Shown: positions 18,727 through 24,696 of the stretch, one piece after another
How positions within the stretch are numbered: the first letter of the stretch is position 1
Layout of the letters: the number at the start of each line of letters is the position of its first letter
DNA from: a virus
Lineage: Duplodnaviria > Caudoviricetes
Strand: one strand, 5' to 3'
IMG/VR virus record: IMGVR_UViG_3300046779_000451
Span: 1 to 24,696 of that record
DNA: 24,696 nt
Translations under genes and position numbers: made by a program
The notes under the pieces: generated by a model
Told to the model about the DNA's origin: nothing
The model's input: the letters and a program-made list of their open reading frames with translations, nothing else
Database searches by the model: none

Positions 18727-18734
18727 ATATTTAT
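18727..18734 (+). promoter_or_regulatory. Putative phage promoter motif ATATTTAT
   Basis: In a 29-nt gap, 18 nt before ATG 18753. Confidence 0.65.
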
Positions 18735-18752
18735 ATATAAACAATACAAACT

Positions 18753-18959
18753 ATGCCTACAATAGAAGAATTATACAAAGCACAACAATCAGCATTAGGT
18801 GTTGATAAAATTGGATTTGCAGCAGGTGAAAATGCTAAAACTCCTTACACTACAAACGACTTGAAAAAAGCAGATGAGCAAGTTTTAACTGCTGAGAAAT
18901 TCAAAACGGGTAGAGGTGGTGCATTAAACGAAAAGATGTATTCAGATACATTCAAATAA
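18753..18959 (+). CDS. Small hypothetical protein (68 aa)
   Basis: Own upstream motif, A-rich leader, codon usage like its neighbours, 2-nt gap to the endonuclease. Confidence 0.7.
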   Translation: MPTIEELYKAQQSALGVDKIGFAAGENAKTPYTTNDLKKADEQVLTAEKFKTGRGGALNEKMYSDTFK

Positions 18960-18961
18960 TA

Positions 18962-19378
18962 ATGGCTAAAAAAGTTACTGCTAAAAAATCCAAGTCATCT
19001 TGGGTTGGTAGGAAGTATGGGTTTAAATCTGGTTTAGAAGAATCCGTATCTACTCAAATAGAATCAAAAGGACTTAAAGTAGATTATGAATCCGAAAAGA
19101 TTCCATACATTGTCCCTGCATCAAAACATACATACAATCCTGATTTCAAATTACCAAATGGTATCTTTGTAGAAACCAAAGGTAGATTTCTTGCAGCAGA
19201 TAGAAAGAAACACCTGTTAATAAAAGAACAACATCCCGAATTGGATATACGATTTGTATTTACATCATCAAAGAACAAAATAAGTAAAGCATCCAAAACA
19301 TCATATGCAGATTGGTGTGATAAAAACGGATACAAATATTCAGATAAGTTCATTCCAGACGAATGGTTTAACGAATAG
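18962..19378 (+). CDS. T7 endonuclease I-like Holliday junction resolvase
   Basis: FKSGLEE..YESEKIPY..HTYNPDFKLPNGIFVETKGRF..DRKKHLLIKEQHPELDIRFVF..SKTSYADWCDKNG closely follows the T7 gp3 PD-(D/E)XK pattern. Confidence 0.93.
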   Translation: MAKKVTAKKSKSSWVGRKYGFKSGLEESVSTQIESKGLKVDYESEKIPYIVPASKHTYNPDFKLPNGIFVETKGRFLAADRKKHLLIKEQHPELDIRFVFTSSKNKISKASKTSYADWCDKNGYKYSDKFIPDEWFNE

Positions 19379-19379
19379 C

Positions 19380-19410
19380 TTGGAATTCTCAATTTTTATT
19401 CGTATATTTA
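19380..19410 (+). promoter_or_regulatory. Bacteroidota-type -33/-7 promoter for the primase-Mre11/Rad50 unit
   Basis: TTG (19380-19382), 20-nt spacer, TATATTTA (19403-19410); the established consensus is TTTG-N19-21-TAnnTTTG, so the last base differs. Confidence 0.6.
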
Positions 19411-19414
19411 CATT

Positions 19415-20356
19415 GTGTTGAATAGTACAGATAAAAATAAAGTAACGAATGCGTTGTCTACATCGTTGGGTAGTTATTCCGTATTAAGGGGTAATGAGTT
19501 GGCATTCTACTGTCCATTTTGTAACCACCACAAACAGAAACTACAAGTCAATTTAGAATCACAAAAATGGCATTGTTGGACTTGTAATAGTGGGGGTAAG
19601 AAACTTACATCTTTATTAAAGAAGTTAGATGTTGATAGAAAAACAATCTCTATGGTTAGAGAAATCTACGGAGATTCTAACTACAATCCACAAAATGAAG
19701 ATACTGACACAAAAGTATTCATTTCATTACCAAAAGAATTTATTTCATTAGTAGAAGAACCAAAAGGTTTTAATCCTGAATATAAGAATGCAATGTATTA
19801 TCTTACGGAGAGAGGAATTACTATGAAACAGATTGTTAAATATAATATAGGTTATTGTAAAGAAGGTTTATACAGTAGAAGAGTAATTATACCATCCTAT
19901 AATTGTGATGGACAATTAAACTACTTTGTTTCTCGTTCGTATTATCCAGATGAGAAAATGAAATACAAAAACCCACCAATCAGTAAGAATGTAATTTGTT
20001 TAGAATCTCAAATAGATTGGAATGAACCAATTATCTTATGTGAAGGAGTATTTGATGCAATTACAATCAGAAGAAATGCAATTCCATTATTAGGTAAGTT
20101 TCCATCAAAGTTGTTGATTGAAAAAATCTTTATGAGTGGAGTTAGTGATATTGTTATCTCATTAGATAACGATGCTAAAACCGAAGCATTGAGAGTATCA
20201 GAATATCTCCGTAAGCAAGGTATAAATGTTAGGTTTATGGATTTAAAAGATAAAGATGCTGCCGATATGGGGTATCAAAAGTTTTATGAAGAATTAAATA
20301 GTACAAAAGAGTTCGGGGAAGAAGATTTGTTATTAAGCAAGATTAGTAGTTTATGA
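19415..20356 (+). CDS. DnaG-type DNA primase (Zn finger + TOPRIM), GTG start
   Basis: CPFCNHH..WHCWTC zinc-binding domain; YLTERGI, RVIIP, KYKNP; TOPRIM ILCEGVFDAI, SLDNDA, KDAAD. Confidence 0.9.
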   Translation: MLNSTDKNKVTNALSTSLGSYSVLRGNELAFYCPFCNHHKQKLQVNLESQKWHCWTCNSGGKKLTSLLKKLDVDRKTISMVREIYGDSNYNPQNEDTDTKVFISLPKEFISLVEEPKGFNPEYKNAMYYLTERGITMKQIVKYNIGYCKEGLYSRRVIIPSYNCDGQLNYFVSRSYYPDEKMKYKNPPISKNVICLESQIDWNEPIILCEGVFDAITIRRNAIPLLGKFPSKLLIEKIFMSGVSDIVISLDNDAKTEALRVSEYLRKQGINVRFMDLKDKDAADMGYQKFYEELNSTKEFGEEDLLLSKISSL

Positions 20357-23300
20357 AATTAAAAAAGATTTACCACATTGCCGATGTGCATATCCGTAAT
20401 GTGAAAAGACACAATGAATATCGTCAAGTATTTGAGAAGATGTTTGATGAGATTCGTAAAAGAGGAACGGATGATTCTATTATTTATTTAGCAGGAGATA
20501 TTGCCCATGCTAAATTAGAAATGTCTCCTGAATTACTAAAAGAAATTAGTTGGTTATTTACAGAGTGTTCTAAACTATGTGATACTATCCTTATTACAGG
20601 TAATCACGATTGTAATATGAATAATTTGGATAGATTAGATGTTCTTACTCCAATTGTAGAAGCTCTAAACCTACCAAATTTTCATTATTTGAGAGATACG
20701 CAAGTTTACTCTATTGGTGGAGTAGATTTTGGTGTATTCAGTATTTTTGATGATAAAAAGAATTGGCCAAAAGCGGATACTCTATTTGGAAACAAAAAGA
20801 TTGCTTTATTCCACGGACCAGTTGATAATTCCCAAACAGATATTGGGTATGTAGTATCTTCACGTCATTTTACAACCGAAATGTTTGATGGATATGATTT
20901 GGCACTATTAGGAGATATTCACAAACGACAACAAATGATTTCTCCAAAAGGTTGTAAGGTAGTTTATGCAGGTTCGTTAGTTCAACAAAACTTTGGTGAA
21001 ACTTTGGATAAGCACGGATTCCTTGTTTGGGATTTAGATACAATGAATTATGAAGAAGTTGATATTCAAAATGATTATGGATATTATACATTGGATATTG
21101 ATAAGGGTGTTGTTCCAGTTGTAAATAATATGCCAAAATATCCTCGTTTAAGAGTTCGTTTATCAAACACCGATACTGCTGATACAAAGAAAGTAATTAC
21201 TGAAATTAAGATGAAGTATGGTGTTGATGATTTTACAATTATCAGAACAGACTCACTTGCCAAATCAAAGACAGGAAACAGAGATAATAAATTAGATTTT
21301 GAAGATGTATCAGATGTAAATTATCAGAACTCACTATTAAAAGAATATGTTGAGAGAATGATGCCGTTTACAACACCAGAAGATATTGAAGGATTATATG
21401 AAATCAATCAGGATATAAACAGTAGAATTGTTCAAGATGATATTCAACGAAATATCAATTGGAAACCTGTTAAGTTTACATTCTCAAATATGTTCTCTTA
21501 TGGTGAGAATAACAAAATTGATTTTACCAAAGTAGGTGGATTGATGGGATTGTTCGCACCAAATGCAGCAGGTAAATCTTCTTTGTTTGATGCAATTTCA
21601 TTTTGTTTATACGATAAGTGTAGTAGAGCATTTAAAGCATCCAATATTCTAAATAACCGTAAACAAGATTTTGATTGTCATTTACATTTCCAAGTAAACG
21701 GAATAGATTATCATATTAAAAGAACTGCTAAAACAATTAATAAAGGAAAGAATGTTAAAGTTGATGTGCAGTTTTGGAGAGAAGATGATGGAAGAACTAC
21801 ATTATTAAACGGAACGGAGAGAAGGGATACAAATCAGATTATCGAACAATATGTTGGTAAGTATGAGGATTTTGTTTTAACTGCTCTTTCGTTGCAAGGT
21901 AATAACTCAATCTTTATTGATAAATCTCAATCAGAAAGAAAAGATTTATTAGCACAATTTATGGGATTAAATGTGTTTGATAAATTATATGAAACTGCAA
22001 CGGAAGATATTAAAGAAGTATCGGTGTTGATTAAGAACTTTAAGAAAACTGATTTCACAACCGAATTAGCTGAAAAGGCAATTGAATTAAAAGATAAGAA
22101 AGCAGAACTTAAAGAATTAGAAAAATCATTAAAACTTAAATCAGATGATGTAATTGATTTGGGAGAAAGAATTGTTGGATTGAGTGCCGAATTAGTTCCA
22201 ATGGATGGTAATCTAAATATAGATGAATTAAATCAATCTAAAACTAAATTAGAATCTACATTAAATGGATATACTGCTTCCTTTGAAACAAAAGAAACTA
22301 CAATAAACGGTTATGTAGAATTGGTTGCAGAAGTTTCTAAATCAATGGAGGATAATAAAAAGTTCTTTATTTCAGATGAGGTATCAATTGATATTGAAGA
22401 AGCACACTCTAATTATGTTCAGGCAGAAAAAGATTTTAATGAAGCAGATACTAACTACAAATTATTAAAACAAAAAATACAATCCATCAAAGATAAGATT
22501 GCTCATTTAGAAAAGCATGAGTATGACCCTAATTGTAAATTCTGTTGTGATAATGTATTTGTAAAAGATGCATTAAAAGCAAAAGAAGAGTTAGAGGTAT
22601 TGGAAGCAAGTTTGGATTATATTTCAGATGACGTGAGTGGTTATCTAAATGTAATTAATTTATTTGAATCATCCAAAGAACAATTCAAAGAATTACAAAC
22701 TTTAAAAACTAAATATCAAAAAGGATATTCCACCATTGAAACAGAGAAAGCAGAACTAAATGGTTTAACAACTAAAATACAATTGGCACAACACCAATTG
22801 GAAGTAGTTGAACAAAATATCCGTAAATATTATGAGAATGAGAAAACAATTAAACGAAATACTCAAATTCAAACTGTAATAAATGGGTTACAAAATACAA
22901 AAAGAGAGATAGAAGCAGAAGTTGTTTCAATCAACAAACAAATTAGTAGTTTGAATGGTTCTATTTCTTCAATAGTTGCCTTTGTAGAGGAGATAAAGAG
23001 GAAGATGAATGAAGTTAAAGACTTAGAAGAAAAGAACCGTTTATACACCTACTATTTAGATTCTGTAAAGAGAGATGGTATCCCTTATGAGTTGATTTCC
23101 AAAGCACTACCTGTAATTGAAAATGAAATAAATAACATCTTAGGGCAAGTTGTAGATTTTGGAATTGTAATGGAAGTTGATGGTAAATCAATCAATGCTA
23201 AAATAGTTTATGATGACCAGGAATGGCCATTAGAGATGTGTAGTGGTATGGAAAAGTTTGTTAGTGGATTGGCAATTAGAGTTGCTCTTATTAACATATG

Positions 23301-23511
23301 CAATCTACCTCGTCCAAATTTCTTAGTAATTGATGAAGGATTTGGAACATTAGATTCGGATAATTTATCATCTTTATTTATGATGATGCAATATTTAAAG
23401 ACACAGTTTGACTTTATTTGGATGATTTCTCACTTAGATGCTATGAGAGATATTGTAGATGGTTTAATTGAAATTAAAAAAGAAAACGGATTCAGTAAAA
23501 TTGATTACTAA
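20353..23511 (+). CDS. Mre11-Rad50 (SbcD-SbcC / gp47-gp46) fusion nuclease-ATPase (1052 aa)
   Basis: Phosphoesterase motifs IADVH, AGDIAH, TGNHD, LFHG, LGDIH, YAGS; Walker A APNAAGKSS; Q-loop LSLQG; coiled coils around CKFC zinc hook (22534); signature CSGMEK; Walker B FLVIDEGFGTLD; H-loop ISH; no stop between the halves. Confidence 0.93.
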   Translation: MKLKKIYHIADVHIRNVKRHNEYRQVFEKMFDEIRKRGTDDSIIYLAGDIAHAKLEMSPELLKEISWLFTECSKLCDTILITGNHDCNMNNLDRLDVLTPIVEALNLPNFHYLRDTQVYSIGGVDFGVFSIFDDKKNWPKADTLFGNKKIALFHGPVDNSQTDIGYVVSSRHFTTEMFDGYDLALLGDIHKRQQMISPKGCKVVYAGSLVQQNFGETLDKHGFLVWDLDTMNYEEVDIQNDYGYYTLDIDKGVVPVVNNMPKYPRLRVRLSNTDTADTKKVITEIKMKYGVDDFTIIRTDSLAKSKTGNRDNKLDFEDVSDVNYQNSLLKEYVERMMPFTTPEDIEGLYEINQDINSRIVQDDIQRNINWKPVKFTFSNMFSYGENNKIDFTKVGGLMGLFAPNAAGKSSLFDAISFCLYDKCSRAFKASNILNNRKQDFDCHLHFQVNGIDYHIKRTAKTINKGKNVKVDVQFWREDDGRTTLLNGTERRDTNQIIEQYVGKYEDFVLTALSLQGNNSIFIDKSQSERKDLLAQFMGLNVFDKLYETATEDIKEVSVLIKNFKKTDFTTELAEKAIELKDKKAELKELEKSLKLKSDDVIDLGERIVGLSAELVPMDGNLNIDELNQSKTKLESTLNGYTASFETKETTINGYVELVAEVSKSMEDNKKFFISDEVSIDIEEAHSNYVQAEKDFNEADTNYKLLKQKIQSIKDKIAHLEKHEYDPNCKFCCDNVFVKDALKAKEELEVLEASLDYISDDVSGYLNVINLFESSKEQFKELQTLKTKYQKGYSTIETEKAELNGLTTKIQLAQHQLEVVEQNIRKYYENEKTIKRNTQIQTVINGLQNTKREIEAEVVSINKQISSLNGSISSIVAFVEEIKRKMNEVKDLEEKNRLYTYYLDSVKRDGIPYELISKALPVIENEINNILGQVVDFGIVMEVDGKSINAKIVYDDQEWPLEMCSGMEKFVSGLAIRVALINICNLPRPNFLVIDEGFGTLDSDNLSSLFMMMQYLKTQFDFIWMISHLDAMRDIVDGLIEIKKENGFSKIDY

Positions 23512-24224
23512 TGGAAAGTGTAGAAAATTACAGAAATAAAGGATACATCTATGATAGTTTAGAAAACTATTCAGAAATAATTGATTTGAACGGGTTTAAA
23601 AAAATAAAAGATTATATAGATAGTGTAAATTTCATAAGGCATTCTAGATACGATTATTGGTTTAAATACAATGAGCAATCTTATATGGAAGAATTGGTTT
23701 ATGATGAATATTTGGCAAGAGATAAAGATTTAGATACTGCCGATTATGTATATCAAAAAGCACATGAATACCAATTAAAAAAAATGGAAGAATGTGGATT
23801 TTATCCAACTTGGGTATTTGGAACTTCTATTGATAATGAGATAAACGGCAAAATACATAATGAAATTTTGAGAGAATTTCAAAAAAAATTTGTAGAAAAA
23901 TATTATACAGAACAAAAATTTAACAAATTTCATTCAAATATAAAATTACAATTTTATAATGAAGGTTGTGAGATAAAATTACACGATGATGGAAAACAAC
24001 CAGATAGGATATGTGTATTTTTATATTTTTTAAATGATAATTGGGATACCGAAAATGGTGGGCATTTAATATTGCACGATTTGAATGGTAAAGATATTAT
24101 AGTAAATCCTGTATTTCCTAATTTTGTAGTATTAGATACTGATAAGAATTTATTCCATGAAGTAGAAAAAGTAAAAAAAGGAATTAAATACAATATCGTA
24201 TGCTTTTATTCATATGAAGATTAG
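23511..24224 (+). CDS. 2OG-Fe(II) oxygenase, prolyl-4-hydroxylase-like
   Basis: LQFYNEGCEIKLHDD (HxD), RICVFLYFLNDNWDTENGGHL, LFHEVEKV (distal His); TAATG overlap with the upstream gene. Confidence 0.85.
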   Translation: MESVENYRNKGYIYDSLENYSEIIDLNGFKKIKDYIDSVNFIRHSRYDYWFKYNEQSYMEELVYDEYLARDKDLDTADYVYQKAHEYQLKKMEECGFYPTWVFGTSIDNEINGKIHNEILREFQKKFVEKYYTEQKFNKFHSNIKLQFYNEGCEIKLHDDGKQPDRICVFLYFLNDNWDTENGGHLILHDLNGKDIIVNPVFPNFVVLDTDKNLFHEVEKVKKGIKYNIVCFYSYED

Positions 24225-24394
24225 AATGTTTTAATCTTATCTGCTTTCAACGTAGATGCATGTGGTTTAGTTACACCGACGTGTTTCTTAATCAGATTCT
24301 CTACCAAACTACCCATTTTAAACCCATGTTCTTCACAATATTCTTTGAGAAGTTCGTGGGTTTCTTTTTTTATTTGTAACATTGCATACTTCAT
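24221..24394 (-). CDS. Small ribbon-helix-helix (CopG/Arc-like) DNA-binding protein, 57 aa (not in ORF track)
   Basis: Manual translation MKYAMLQIKKETHELLKEYCEEHGFKMGSLVENLIKKHVGVTKPHASTLKADKIKTF*: alternating beta strand, helix ending in G, second helix; own ATATTTAT on the - strand; stop overlaps the oxygenase stop (TTAG). Confidence 0.75.
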   Translation of the reverse strand: MKYAMLQIKKETHELLKEYCEEHGFKMGSLVENLIKKHVGVTKPHASTLKADKIKTF

Positions 24395-24398
24395 AATT

Positions 24399-24423
24399 TT
24401 AGTTTTATTTAGTAATTATTAGT
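24399..24423. repeat. Three TTAGT direct repeats at exact 10-bp spacing (candidate operator)
   Basis: TTAGT at 24399, 24409 and 24419, between the RHH start codon and its promoter motif. Confidence 0.5.
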
Positions 24424-24432
24424 TTTCTAAAT

Positions 24433-24440
24433 ATAAATAT
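24433..24440 (-). promoter_or_regulatory. Putative promoter motif ATATTTAT (- strand) for the RHH gene
   Basis: ATAAATAT on +; 38 nt upstream of the - strand ATG at 24394. Confidence 0.6.
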
Positions 24441-24459
24441 CATACTTTAATTTTTTGGG

Positions 24460-24467
24460 ATATTTAT
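24460..24467 (+). promoter_or_regulatory. Putative phage promoter motif ATATTTAT
   Basis: 18 nt before ATG 24486; divergent partner of the copy at 24433-24440. Confidence 0.65.
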
Positions 24468-24485
24468 GGTAAAAGAAAACGGATA

Positions 24486-24696
24486 ATGTCTGTAATTAAA
24501 AAAACCCTATTTGATGAAAAGCTAGAAAAAGTAAATGTATTAATAAACGATACAGACCCTAATAGCACTTATTTCAAAATAACCGAACTAAACGATACGT
24601 TTACAGGTGGTAAGAATGCATTTCTTATTCAAGGTTCTGAGTATTTGGTAGCAGATACAATTATTAAAATCCAAATAAAAGATGCGAATGGTGATA
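24486..24696 (+). CDS. Hypothetical, probably structural, protein (3'-truncated by window edge)
   Basis: Manual translation MSVIKKTLFDEKLEKVNVLINDTDPNSTYFKITELNDTFTGGKNAFLIQGSEYLVADTIIKIQIKDANGD, open to the end; preceded by the promoter motif. Confidence 0.75.
   Translation, partial: MSVIKKTLFDEKLEKVNVLINDTDPNSTYFKITELNDTFTGGKNAFLIQGSEYLVADTIIKIQIKDANGD

Noticed and set aside
1795-24193. Short - strand ORFs in the track (e.g. 1795-2067, 8100-8408, 10185-10433, 15255-15593, 19084-19392, 20870-21187, 23954-24193)
   Set aside because: All lie antisense to well-supported + strand genes, have shadow-frame composition (F/S/L/I-rich, or W/R/C-rich opposite the Pro tract), and show no recognisable domain.
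24432-24439. Exact T4 late promoter TATAAATA on the + strand
   Set aside because: The other gaps carry the motif in the opposite orientation relative to their genes; this copy is better explained as the - strand motif for the RHH gene.
24466-24486. Mini-ORF MVKENG* overlapping the start of the last gene (TAATG)
   Set aside because: Its ATG overlaps the promoter motif itself, so it is probably not transcribed from that promoter; too short to support.
1-24696. Stop-codon reassignment, introns/inteins, CRISPR arrays, tRNAs, diversity-generating retroelement
   Set aside because: Genes are full length in the standard code, with TAA, TAG and TGA all ending genes at sensible boundaries. No spaced DNA repeats, cloverleafs, splicing motifs or reverse transcriptase were seen by eye.

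Overview
A 24.7-kb, AT-rich, gene-dense segment of a large tailed dsDNA phage with a contractile (myovirus-type) tail; all genes but one are on the + strand. In order: a 5'-truncated NodU/CmcH-family carbamoyltransferase; a ~17.5-kb baseplate/tail module (gp5/spike-like, gp25-like, gp6/baseplate-J-like, DNRLRE-like, coiled-coil+Ig fibre, 1679-aa wedge protein with LamG-like domain and 19-aa repeats, tail-collar-like proteins including two paralogues); a T7 endonuclease I-like resolvase, a DnaG-type primase, a single-chain Mre11-Rad50 (SbcD-SbcC) fusion and a prolyl-hydroxylase-like 2OG-Fe(II) oxygenase; a 57-aa ribbon-helix-helix-like gene on the - strand that the ORF track missed; and the start of a further gene. 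Every intergenic gap longer than 10 nt carries ATATTTA(T/C). One copy has the TTG-N20-TAnnTTT layout of Bacteroidota promoters, and Shine-Dalgarno sites are not evident, so a Bacteroidota host is likely (inference). The most unusual signal is a strong enrichment of [S/T]-G-S tripeptides in a subset of virion proteins, in a module flanked by two modification enzymes; this may reflect an undescribed virion-protein modification system (hypothesis). All family assignments come from motif recognition by eye; no searches were run.
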